Part shown: in pieces, positions 27,929 through 37,066 of the stretch | Position numbering within the stretch: the stretch's first letter is position 1 | Layout: each line of letters starts with the position of its first letter | Assembly (NCBI GenBank): GCA_948433085.1 | Contig: CAOJDP010000003.1 | Coordinates: forward strand, 5,787 to 69,786 | DNA from: an uncultured Bacillales bacterium | Lineage (GTDB): Bacteria; Bacillota_I; Bacilli_A; RF39; UBA660 | Direction of reading: 5' to 3' | DNA: 64,000 bases | Made by a program: the position numbers and the translations under genes | The notes under the pieces: model-generated | Database searches by the model: none | The model's input: the letters and a program-made list of their open reading frames with translations, nothing else | What the model was told of the DNA's origin: nothing

Positions 27929-28488
27929 ATCTTATTCATTTATTTTTAGTAAGTTTTTTAACAGAGAACATTGTACTTACAAAATTTCTAGGAATTTGTC
28001 CTTTTGTTGGGACTTCTAGTAAAGAAAAAAGTGCAGCAGGAATGGGTGGTGCAGTAACATTTGTAGTCACTATCTCTGGAATATTGACATATCTTTTATA
28101 CCATTATGTATTAGTACCCACAGATACTGTGTATTTAAAAACTTTGCTATTTGTATTGGTTGTTGCTTGTATGGTACAAATAATCGAGATGGTAATCAAA
28201 AAATGGAATCCAAAGTTATATCAAAATTTAGGAATTTATTTACCGCTGATTACCACCAATTGTGCGGTTTTGGGTATTTTATTACTTAATATTACAAATC
28301 AATATTCCTTTTTAGAGATGCTTACTTATTGTATTGGATCTAGTTTAGGTTTTACCGCAGTGATTTATACCTTTGCAACCATACGTGAGCAGTTGGAAAA
28401 AAGAGATGTTCCTGAATATTGGAAAGGATATCCAATTGCGTTCATCACAGTAGCAATCATGTCACTTCTTTTTTCGAGGTATTTATGA
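27925..28488 (+). CDS. rnfA: Rnf electron transport complex subunit A
   Basis: NqrE/RnfA signature LGICPFVGTS...GIYLPLITTNCAVLG. Overlaps rnfE by 4 nt. Confidence 0.85.
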   Translation: MNLIHLFLVSFLTENIVLTKFLGICPFVGTSSKEKSAAGMGGAVTFVVTISGILTYLLYHYVLVPTDTVYLKTLLFVLVVACMVQIIEMVIKKWNPKLYQNLGIYLPLITTNCAVLGILLLNITNQYSFLEMLTYCIGSSLGFTAVIYTFATIREQLEKRDVPEYWKGYPIAFITVAIMSLLFSRYL

Positions 28489-28598
28489 TTGCATATATTA
28501 TTTTAGTTTTATTAACTTTTCTGTATCTATTTTTATCAAAGAAAAATAAATGTCAAAATTGTAGCATGTGTAATCATTGTAAGGGGAGGAAAGAATGA
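28485..28598 (+). CDS. Candidate 37-aa membrane-anchored Cys-rich micro-ORF (TM helix plus CQNCSMCNHC)
   Basis: Its ATG overlaps the rnfA stop (ATGA) and its TGA overlaps the next ATG (ATGA). GAGG RBS 8 nt upstream. It is below the ORF-track length cut-off. Confidence 0.35.
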   Translation: MIAYIILVLLTFLYLFLSKKNKCQNCSMCNHCKGRKE

Positions 28599-28858
28599 TA
28601 GGTATTTTAATTATGACTTTAATTGCTTTTATTTTATCTATTATTTTAGTTATTATTTACGATAAAACAATAGAAAAACCAAATAAGTATTTAAAATATT
28701 TGCCTGGCTATAATTGTGGTGCTTGTGGGTTTGGTAGTTGTAAGGGTATGAGTGAGGCAATGGAGAAAGATATTATGCATTATAAAAAGTGTAGACCTTT
28801 AAAAGGAGAGGCGCTTCAAAAAATGGAAGAGATGGTTTGTCAACAAATAGGAAAGTAG
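28595..28858 (+). CDS. rnfB-like: RnfB N-terminal domain only (TM helix plus CxxCxxxxC...C Fe-S motif); ferredoxin domains absent
   Basis: GYNCGACGFGSCKGMSEAMEKDIMHYKKC matches the RnfB N-domain cysteine pattern. The ORF stops after 87 aa and no CxxCxxCxxxCP ferredoxin repeats follow in any frame. Confidence 0.55.
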   Translation: MIGILIMTLIAFILSIILVIIYDKTIEKPNKYLKYLPGYNCGACGFGSCKGMSEAMEKDIMHYKKCRPLKGEALQKMEEMVCQQIGK

Positions 28859-28928
28859 TGCATGAAAATTTAACGAGAAAATTAGTGAAAAGGCATTTCT
28901 AATTTGAACAATTTTTGATATACTAATT

Positions 28929-29201
28929 ATGAAAGGGCTGATTGTAATGAAAAAATACTTTGTAATTGTAGGCGTTATTGGACTTGTTTTTGCAGTATCA
29001 AAAGTAAGTGCATGGGGATTTGGCCATCCAAAAGATGTTACGTTAGAACCTAGTACGCAAGTTCAAACAAGTATACATCATGGTAACACTTATCATACTT
29101 GTAATGCGTATTGTGAACATGCAAATACAGCTATAGATGCTTATCATTATCCTCATCAATATAATGGTTATCATCAAAAAGGGGGATGTCATCATCGCTA
29201 A
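28929..29201 (+). CDS. Small secreted His/Cys-rich protein
   Basis: Sec-type signal peptide (MKKYFVIVGVIGLVFAVSKVSA). The mature part of about 63 aa has 9 His, 3 Cys and several Tyr (HHGNTYHTCNAYCEHANTAIDAYHYPHQYNGYHQKGGCHHR). The start may be the internal ATG 28947. It has its own extended -10 (TGaTATACT). Confidence 0.5.
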   Translation: MKGLIVMKKYFVIVGVIGLVFAVSKVSAWGFGHPKDVTLEPSTQVQTSIHHGNTYHTCNAYCEHANTAIDAYHYPHQYNGYHQKGGCHHR

Positions 29202-29298
29202 AAATGAAGATGACTACATAAATTGTATTATGTATTTTTAGTCTAGAAAAGGAAGAATTATAAAATAGTTTGTAAATGGATTTCTATTTGCAAACGAG

Positions 29299-29317
29299 AA
29301 GGGTTATCCCTTTTTTT
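29299..29317 (+). terminator. Rho-independent terminator closing the rnf / small-peptide unit
   Basis: AAGGG / CCCTT stem, loop TTAT, then TTTTTTT. Confidence 0.5.
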
Positions 29318-29542
29318 GATGATTACAATGCGTTTGTAAATCATGAAAACGGCATTGTATGTCATAAAAATTCACAAGGAAAGCAGAAAGAATAATATAG
29401 TAAATTTATAAATTATAGAGTATTCATAGGAAAGAATTAACATTTTTGGTATATAGAATTGAAAAAAATGTTGGAAATTTGTAAAAACATGTTATAATAG
29501 AAAACAATTATTTTGAAGGTTTTAAACCATAAGGGGGAAAAT

Positions 29543-31294
29543 ATGACAAAGGTAACTTATTTAGAAGAACAATTGAACAAAAAAATGGAAGAAAATCAGT
29601 CTATTGTAGCTTTAATTGGACTTGGAAAAAATGCGAAACAACTTTATTTAGATTACATAAAAAAACATAATATTGAACTTGTATTGGTTGTAGAGTTAGA
29701 ATCTAAAAAAGAAAATACGAAAACATATTTAGAGGAAAATGGATTTTCTAATACAAAGATATTTTCTATTCCAGATGAATTAAAAAGTAGTGAACATTTG
29801 CCACAAAATATATTTGATAACTTGGTAGCAGTTAGCAATATATTAGAAATTACACATGTTATAATTGATACAGAACCGAAATCCCATTATATGTATTTAG
29901 AATTTGCACTTAAAAACAATATTCATGTACTAACAGATTTGCCTATTACGATTACACAAAATATAGATCATATGAAAAAAATTAAAGCAATTAAAAACCA
30001 ATACTATAATATTTTAGATTTATCCAATTCATCTGAATCCATATGTAAAATTATGTGTCAAAAACAATACCATAGAGGATATGAATATATTCTTCAACAA
30101 ATAGACACGATTGTAAAAAAATATCAAATACCAATTACTTATATCAGTATTGATTACTCAAATGGATTATGGCAAATGCCTCACGATATTCTTTGTAAAG
30201 AAAACTATCCTTATCGCTTTTTATTTGAAGAAGGGTATCATTATATTAATTTTTTAAGTGATTTGTTACAAATGAATAATCAACTGTCAGAATCTAAAAA
30301 AATAGTAGATGGAGAAATTTATACCAATTGTCTTACATTAGAAGATACATTTTCTACTTGTAATCAAGAAGATTATAAGAGATTATTTAAAAATCAAGAT
30401 ATTCCTACTTATTATGATGGTGCGATAGAAATTCCTAAGGGTGGAGAAGGAAATTTCTATAGTTTAATGAAATTTATGAATAAAGAGCAACAAACGATAA
30501 CGAATGTTAACTTAAACTTGTCCCATTATGGATTTTCTCGTCGAGGTCAAATTGAAGAAAATACAGGTGCGGTTAAACATGAATATATGAGTATTCAAAT
30601 TGGAACGTTATTTAAAATACAAGTGCATAGTTATCAATCTAAGGAAGAAAAAGATAGAAAAAAAAGTACAAGTGAAGAAAATGTAGGCGGTTTGGATCAT
30701 TTTGATATTGATATTTATAGAAATGTTGATATTATAGGTGGAAAAGCATTTGAACGAATTAAATTGTCGGAACTCTATAATGAAAAAGAAGCACAAGAAA
30801 CAACTGATTATGATAGTTTAGCAAAAGAAAATTATTTAAAGCAATTTTTAAATAAACAATGTAATCAAGGGGATATGAAACAACAAGCATTGGGTATGGA
30901 ACTTTTATATGGCTGTATTCTAGGTATCCATAATGTTTTTAAAAATAAGAAAGGGCCTGTAAAAATACAGTTAAAAAATAGATATACTCAACCTGTCATC
31001 ATAGAGGATTTAAAGAAATGTTCTACTAAAATTAATTCAAAAGAGAAAAAAGATGCGATTGATTGTTATGAAATTTCAGGAATCCAATATGAATTTGGTG
31101 TAGTTATGAATCAAATTTATAGTAATAATCATTATGAGGTATATCTATATGTTAGCAATCACCGTGATAAAGCAGATTTACTATTTTATAGAGACATTAA
31201 ACATATCTTTATTGCAAAATTATATTTTCAAATCTTAAAAAAGGTTGCTAGAACAGAAAATATGAATCGAATTGCTAAATTGTTAAGAATATAA
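29543..31294 (+). CDS. Hypothetical protein with N-terminal Gfo/Idh/MocA-like NAD(P)-binding region and an unassigned C-terminal extension of about 400 aa
   Basis: IVALIGLGKNAKQ (Rossmann GxGxxA) and ITHVIIDTEPKSHYMYLEFALKNNIHVLTDLP resemble the Gfo/Idh/MocA N-domain. AAGGGGGAAAAT RBS before ATG 29543. Sigma-A promoter TTGGAA-N17-TATAAT upstream. Confidence 0.5.
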   Translation: MTKVTYLEEQLNKKMEENQSIVALIGLGKNAKQLYLDYIKKHNIELVLVVELESKKENTKTYLEENGFSNTKIFSIPDELKSSEHLPQNIFDNLVAVSNILEITHVIIDTEPKSHYMYLEFALKNNIHVLTDLPITITQNIDHMKKIKAIKNQYYNILDLSNSSESICKIMCQKQYHRGYEYILQQIDTIVKKYQIPITYISIDYSNGLWQMPHDILCKENYPYRFLFEEGYHYINFLSDLLQMNNQLSESKKIVDGEIYTNCLTLEDTFSTCNQEDYKRLFKNQDIPTYYDGAIEIPKGGEGNFYSLMKFMNKEQQTITNVNLNLSHYGFSRRGQIEENTGAVKHEYMSIQIGTLFKIQVHSYQSKEEKDRKKSTSEENVGGLDHFDIDIYRNVDIIGGKAFERIKLSELYNEKEAQETTDYDSLAKENYLKQFLNKQCNQGDMKQQALGMELLYGCILGIHNVFKNKKGPVKIQLKNRYTQPVIIEDLKKCSTKINSKEKKDAIDCYEISGIQYEFGVVMNQIYSNNHYEVYLYVSNHRDKADLLFYRDIKHIFIAKLYFQILKKVARTENMNRIAKLLRI

Positions 31295-31342
31295 TTTCAT
31301 ATATAAATAGAAACGTGATATAATGTAATAGAGGTAGATAGT

Positions 31343-32680
31343 ATGTACCAAAATCAAAAAATTCTAATTTTAGGTATGGCCAGAAGTGGTTATGAAGTCG
31401 CAAAACTATTGTCCAAATATCAAAATGAAATTACCATTACAGATGGAGTAAAACAGGATGAATTTCAAGTAGAAGAATTGAAAAAGTTAAATATTCCTGT
31501 TATTATTACACAAAATCAAGCAGAATTATTAGATGAAAGCTTTGATGTAGTTGTAAAAAATCCTGGTATTAAATATACGCATCCATGTGTTCAAAAAGCA
31601 GGTCAACTTAATATTCCAGTTGTAAATGAACTAGAAGTTGCGTATACTTTTTTACCCAAAGATACTAAAATTATTGGAGTTACAGGTTCTAATGGGAAAA
31701 CAACAACGGTTACTTTACTATATGAAATACTCAAACAGAAATTTGAAACGCATTTATGCGGTAATATTGGGTGCCCACTTTCTAGTATAGTTTTGAATGT
31801 TAAAAGTGGTGATTTACTTGTAATAGAGATATCGGATCATCAGTTATGTGATATGTATCAATTTAAAACAGATGTCAGTATACTGACGAATATCAGTGAT
31901 GCGCATACAGATTTTCATGACTCACATGAACGTTATGTTGCAGTTAAAAAACGAATTTTCAACCATCATGATGAACACAATTATGGAATCATCAATTATG
32001 ATAATCAGGAAGCAATGGAAGTAACGAAAGATATCGTTACACATAAGATTTATTTTTCTAGAACAGCGAAACAAGATTGTTATTTAGAGGATGGAAAGAT
32101 TTATTATGCACATCAACCGTTTTTATCTATCGAGGATATTTGTTTAAAAGGAAACCATAATTATGAAAATATAATGGCTACTATATTGGTTGCAAAATTA
32201 TTTAACATAGAAGATTCCATAATCAAAAATATATTGAAAAATTTTAGTGGTGTAGAACATCGAATGGAATATGTTACAACGATTCAAAATCGAGAATTTT
32301 ATAATGATTCTAAATCTACTAATAATGTGGCAACTATAACTGCTTTACAATCTTTTCAAAAACCTGTTCATTTATTATTAGGGGGCTTAGATCGTAACCA
32401 AAATTTTGAAGAGTTGTATCCTTATATGACATTCGTAAAAAGAGTGTATTGTTTTGGAGAAACCAAAGAAAAAATTTTTCAATTTTGTAAAATGAAAGAT
32501 ATTGCGTGTGAATTATTTAATGATTTAAAAGAAGCAACGAAAAAAGCTTATCAAATGTCAAGTGAACAAGAAATTATTTTGCTGTCGCCAGCTTGTGCCT
32601 CATGGGATCAATATACTTGCTTTGAAGATCGTGGAAATTCATTTAAAGAAGTCATTCGTACATTCTATAAAGAACAATAA
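31343..32680 (+). CDS. murD: UDP-N-acetylmuramoyl-L-alanine--D-glutamate ligase
   Basis: ILILGMARSGYEVAKLL Rossmann region and GVTGSNGKTTT Mur-ligase P-loop; 445 aa. Confidence 0.9.
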   Translation: MYQNQKILILGMARSGYEVAKLLSKYQNEITITDGVKQDEFQVEELKKLNIPVIITQNQAELLDESFDVVVKNPGIKYTHPCVQKAGQLNIPVVNELEVAYTFLPKDTKIIGVTGSNGKTTTVTLLYEILKQKFETHLCGNIGCPLSSIVLNVKSGDLLVIEISDHQLCDMYQFKTDVSILTNISDAHTDFHDSHERYVAVKKRIFNHHDEHNYGIINYDNQEAMEVTKDIVTHKIYFSRTAKQDCYLEDGKIYYAHQPFLSIEDICLKGNHNYENIMATILVAKLFNIEDSIIKNILKNFSGVEHRMEYVTTIQNREFYNDSKSTNNVATITALQSFQKPVHLLLGGLDRNQNFEELYPYMTFVKRVYCFGETKEKIFQFCKMKDIACELFNDLKEATKKAYQMSSEQEIILLSPACASWDQYTCFEDRGNSFKEVIRTFYKEQ

Positions 32681-32800
32681 TAAGTTGTTCTTTTCTTTAC
32701 AGAAAATCCTTACAATTTTGTCATAAACAATGCTTCTTTAGTCTTTCAATTGAAAACAAAAATAAAATATGGTATACTTTATAACAATGAAGGTGATCAA

Positions 32801-34828
32801 ATGAAATTAGAAATGGTAGTTGAATCAATTAAAAAAATAGTTGTATTTGTTAAACTCTATTTTAAAACAAATATCTTATTTATGACATTTGTCATCTCAT
32901 CTGTGATAAATGCTAGTATTCTACGTTTTGTAACTGTAAAAAATTATTTTGATATTCGACCTGTAATTGCAGATTTAGCAGTTGTACTCATTATTGGAGC
33001 AATGGGATATTTTATAAAAGCAAAGCACCAATTTCGTTATTATTTTACGTGGTCAATTATTTTTACTTTGTTGTGTTTGATTAATTCTATTTATTATACA
33101 AATTTTTTATCTTATGTATCTGTATCTTTGTTAGAAACATCTTTACAAGTACTTGGAGTTACTGATGCTGTTGTAGAAAATGTAATGGAATTGAAAGATT
33201 TTTGCTATATATGGCAGATTATTGTAATGTTGTTTGTGCATAATAAGCTGAAAAAAAGAGGTTATTATGATTACGTAGCAAAAATAGAAAAGGGAAAAAT
33301 ACGTGCCTTGAATACATTAGTAGTTGGATTAATTTGCATTGGAATGTTTATTTCTACATTAACTTCTACAGATATTAGTAGATTAAACAAACAATGGAAT
33401 CGTGAATACTTAGTGATGCGTTTTGGTGCGTATACCTATCAATTCAATGATTTAGTTGCTACTTTAAGAGCTTCTATCAACCCTTTGTTTGGCTATGATG
33501 AACATGCCAAGGCATTTCGTGAATATTATGAAGCAAAAGATAACCATCAAGTTGAGAATCAATATACAAATACATTAAAAGGTATGAATGTAATTGCAAT
33601 TCATGCAGAGAGTATACAGCAGTTTGTATTGGATACTGAATTCAATGGGGAGCCTGTAGCCCCAAATTTAAAAAGGCTTGCTAGTGAAGGTTTGTATTTT
33701 TCTAATTTTTATGCTCAAGAAAGTGTAGGCACAAGTAGTGATAGTGAATTTACTTATAATACATCTTTGATGCCTGCATCTAGTGGAACTGTATTTGTAA
33801 GTTATTTCGATCGTGAATATGTAACAATTCCTAAACTTTTAAAAGAACAAGGGTATTATACTTTCAGTATGCATGGAAATAATGGATCTTTTTGGAATCG
33901 TTTGAGTGCTCATAAAAGTTTAGGGTATGATAAATTTTATAATTATAGGACTGATTTTGAAATAGATGAAACAATTGGTTTGGGGTTGTCAGATCAATCG
34001 TTCTTTCGACAAGCTGTTCCAAAAATAAAAGAGATTAGTTCTAACTATAATAATTTCTATGGCTTGTTAATTATGTTGACAAATCATACTCCATTTTCTG
34101 ATATAGAAGGGCATACAGATTATGAAGTAAATTATAAATATCAAGTTTTAAATGAGGAAACAGGCGAAATGGAAGAAAGAGTAGCGCCTTATATGGAAGG
34201 AACAAAATTGGGCAACTATTTTAAATCTGTACATTATGCGGATGAAGCTTTAGGTCAGTTATTAGCAGATTTAGACCGTGAAGGGTTATTAGAAAATACT
34301 GCAATTGTAATTTACGGAGACCATGATGCAAAATTAAAAAAATCAGAGTATAGACGTTTTTATAATTATATTCCTGAAACAGATAGTGTACGTGCATCAG
34401 ATGATCCTGCTTACCAAGAGGTGGATTATTATTCTTATGAATTAAATCGTAAAGTACCATTTATTATATGGACAAAAAATAAAAACTTAAAAGGCGAAGT
34501 CACAAAAGTGATGGGAATGTATGATGTATTGCCTACTTTAGGTAATATGATGGGGTTTACAAGTCCCTATGCTTTAGGTCATGATATTTTTAATATCGAT
34601 GAAAATGTAGTTGTTTTTCCTGATGGAAATTGGTTAACAGATAAAATGTATTATAATCGAAGTAATGACTCTGGGAAGCTATTGAATCCTCAAGATACAG
34701 TAAGTGTAGAATATATGGAAAAATATACTGAAATCGCTGATAAAACCATTTCAATTTCGAATTCTATTATTGTGTATGATTTGATTCAAAAAACAAGAGA
34801 AACTCAAAAATTATTAGGACAGGAGTAG
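32801..34828 (+). CDS. ltaS: Lipoteichoic acid synthase (LtaS-family polyglycerol-phosphate transferase)
   Basis: Five N-terminal TM helices plus an extracellular sulfatase-type domain (NFYAQESVGTSSDSEFT...HGNNGSFWNR...YGDHD). AAGGTGA RBS before ATG 32801. Confidence 0.88.
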   Translation: MKLEMVVESIKKIVVFVKLYFKTNILFMTFVISSVINASILRFVTVKNYFDIRPVIADLAVVLIIGAMGYFIKAKHQFRYYFTWSIIFTLLCLINSIYYTNFLSYVSVSLLETSLQVLGVTDAVVENVMELKDFCYIWQIIVMLFVHNKLKKRGYYDYVAKIEKGKIRALNTLVVGLICIGMFISTLTSTDISRLNKQWNREYLVMRFGAYTYQFNDLVATLRASINPLFGYDEHAKAFREYYEAKDNHQVENQYTNTLKGMNVIAIHAESIQQFVLDTEFNGEPVAPNLKRLASEGLYFSNFYAQESVGTSSDSEFTYNTSLMPASSGTVFVSYFDREYVTIPKLLKEQGYYTFSMHGNNGSFWNRLSAHKSLGYDKFYNYRTDFEIDETIGLGLSDQSFFRQAVPKIKEISSNYNNFYGLLIMLTNHTPFSDIEGHTDYEVNYKYQVLNEETGEMEERVAPYMEGTKLGNYFKSVHYADEALGQLLADLDREGLLENTAIVIYGDHDAKLKKSEYRRFYNYIPETDSVRASDDPAYQEVDYYSYELNRKVPFIIWTKNKNLKGEVTKVMGMYDVLPTLGNMMGFTSPYALGHDIFNIDENVVVFPDGNWLTDKMYYNRSNDSGKLLNPQDTVSVEYMEKYTEIADKTISISNSIIVYDLIQKTRETQKLLGQE

Positions 34829-34832
34829 GTAC

Positions 34833-35474
34833 ATGAAAAGCGAAAAAATACGAAAGAGAAGAATAAGAATATGGCCTGTTATTTCGTTTCTTGTTCTTTG
34901 TTGTTTCTTAATTCTAGTATTATGTTTAAAAGATATTTATAAAAGTTTGAAATCTAGTGGAGAAGCTGAAGTTGAAATTTTATCTACAATTGAAACTTAT
35001 GGATATACTTTAAATGAAAATGATTCTCCTTATGTGGAAGAATTGTTTAAAGAATTGAAAAAGGAGTTGGAGAAAGAAAATGTAGAGGAAGAAAAATATG
35101 CTTCTTTGTTAAGTCAAATTTTTGTTGCAGATTTTTATTCATTAAAACATGCAATTAATAAAAATGACATTGGTGGAACGCAATTTGTTTATGAAGCATA
35201 TCAGAATGATTTTGTTGCTTTGGCAAAAAACAGTGTTTATGCTACGATAGAAAATAACATTTATGGAACAAGGAAACAAAGTCTTCCTCTTGTAACTGCA
35301 GTGGAAGTAACGAGTATTGAACAAATGGAATATGAAAGTGATTTGGTAGTTGATGAGGAAGCATATCAAGTGGATCTTTATCTTACATATGAAGAGGATT
35401 TGGAATATCCAAATCATGTTACTTTGATTGTAATTCATAATCATCATAAATTGCAGATTGTCAAAATGAATTAG
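34833..35474 (+). CDS. Hypothetical membrane-anchored acidic protein co-transcribed with ltaS
   Basis: Basic N-terminal tail plus one TM helix (RIRIWPVISFLVLCCFLILVLCL). Starts 4 nt after the ltaS stop. Confidence 0.5.
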   Translation: MKSEKIRKRRIRIWPVISFLVLCCFLILVLCLKDIYKSLKSSGEAEVEILSTIETYGYTLNENDSPYVEELFKELKKELEKENVEEEKYASLLSQIFVADFYSLKHAINKNDIGGTQFVYEAYQNDFVALAKNSVYATIENNIYGTRKQSLPLVTAVEVTSIEQMEYESDLVVDEEAYQVDLYLTYEEDLEYPNHVTLIVIHNHHKLQIVKMN

Positions 35475-35829
35475 GGTAGTAAAAGATTATGGGTTGTTTC
35501 GTAAGGATACAAATTTGTTTTTTATGGCGAAGATTATAATCTTTTAGTTATTGATTTAGGGAATAGCGAATTTCTTGAAAAAGTTGATAACTTGTTGGAT
35601 ATTGATTAGAAAAATATGACTTTAAGGATTTGATTATCATAATCATTATATAATACCAAGGGCAATAGAACATGACTTTTGTGATAAAAATGGAGAGAAA
35701 ATAAGTTTGGTTATTTTTAATCACAATGCTGATGTGTAGGATTATTAAAAAATAATCCAATATTTATAAAAATAGGTTAGAAAATATTATAATTATCTTA
35801 CAGAGCAATTTGCCGAAAGGATGGTATTT

Positions 35830-36498
35830 ATGAAAAAAACGATTTTAACTATTGTACTATGTGGAGTTATGGTTTTGGGAGTTGTTGGTTGTGGAAGTGA
35901 AACAAAAAAAGTAGATCACTTAAGAGAAACTTATAATAAAGTTAATGAATATTTCGGAAATGAAAAAGCAGATCGTAGTAATTTAGGTGATTATTCCCTT
36001 GATGAGGAAAATAATGTTGTAATTGTAATATTAGTAGATAATAGTAAAGAAAAACAAGAAGATTTTATAAAAAAAATTGGAGTCGATTCTCAATATATTC
36101 TATTTGAACAAGGTGGGCCATATACGACTTCAGGAATAGACTTTTATATTACAAAACCAGAAGTATACAATAGTATTAGATTTAATGAGTATTATACATT
36201 TGATAATCGTACAATTTATTTAGCAGGTAATCTCAGAGAATTTTATGTAAAAGAGCAAGACAAAGATATTACGCTAAAAACTTACCTAACAACTGCATTT
36301 CAAACCTTTGATGAAGGTATAAAACATATTACTGCCAAATTAGAGTTAAAAGATATTTTAAAAGATGGTGGAACAAAAATTTACAAATCAAAAGCGAAAG
36401 ATATTGCAATGATAGTATGTAATACCACCAAAAATGATAAAAATATATTTATTGGAGATTACTCTATGGAGTATATAGAGGGAGATTGTATAAATTAG
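35830..36498 (+). CDS. Hypothetical lipoprotein
   Basis: Signal peptide with lipobox LGVVGC. AAAGGA RBS before ATG 35830. Confidence 0.55.
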   Translation: MKKTILTIVLCGVMVLGVVGCGSETKKVDHLRETYNKVNEYFGNEKADRSNLGDYSLDEENNVVIVILVDNSKEKQEDFIKKIGVDSQYILFEQGGPYTTSGIDFYITKPEVYNSIRFNEYYTFDNRTIYLAGNLREFYVKEQDKDITLKTYLTTAFQTFDEGIKHITAKLELKDILKDGGTKIYKSKAKDIAMIVCNTTKNDKNIFIGDYSMEYIEGDCIN

Positions 36499-37066
36499 CA
36501 AATTGTGATTTAATGAGTAGACTGAAAGGTTTGCTTTTTTATTGATTCAATTTAATACATAGGATATTTATTGATAATGAATAAGGGATAAATTTAATAG
36601 AAAAAATAATTTTTATGAATGGTAGTTCTAAAGGTGGAAATGCTTTTAGAATAGGAGAAGAAATTCAAAAGAAGCGAGTCATGAAGTTTTACAAATGTCT
36701 GATTATAGATAAATCAATATGGGTAAGTCTATGAGGACGACCAAATCAACGAGATTTTTCATTATTTAGTGAGTCTTTTTTCCTAACTAAAATACGATAG
36801 AAGAAAATTTTATTGAACTTTCTACAAAAGGATTTTTTATTTATTACTTTCATGTGGTATACATCAAATGTGATTGCTTTTGGTGGAAGGTATTGTATCC
36901 ATAATTGTTTTTTAACTTTGATTTTGTTATATTTTTTGTTAGGAATTTGATGTAAAAGTTATAAAGATGCTCGTTTTAAATATACGATTTACACTATCTG
37001 GAATTAGTATAATTTGACATAATTTGAATAAAGTGATAAAGTATATGACGCAAAAGGGGTGAAAAA

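Noticed and set aside
29653-30796. Minus-strand ORFs within the 584-aa hypothetical gene
   Set aside because: Antisense and low-complexity. The + frame is continuous for 1.75 kb and carries a Rossmann motif.
34221-35760. Minus-strand ORFs 34221-34460, 35142-35447 and 35548-35760
   Set aside because: The first two are antisense to ltaS and its downstream membrane-protein gene. The third lies in an AT-rich spacer with no RBS and a junk translation.
36499-37066. 560-bp spacer upstream of the 241-aa gene, considered as a possible degraded gene or small ORF (for example a 39-aa MNGSSKGGNAFRIGEEIQKKRVMK... peptide)
   Set aside because: No ORF has an RBS or a recognisable motif and there is no clear promoter-terminator pairing. 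It is left as uncharacterised intergenic DNA.
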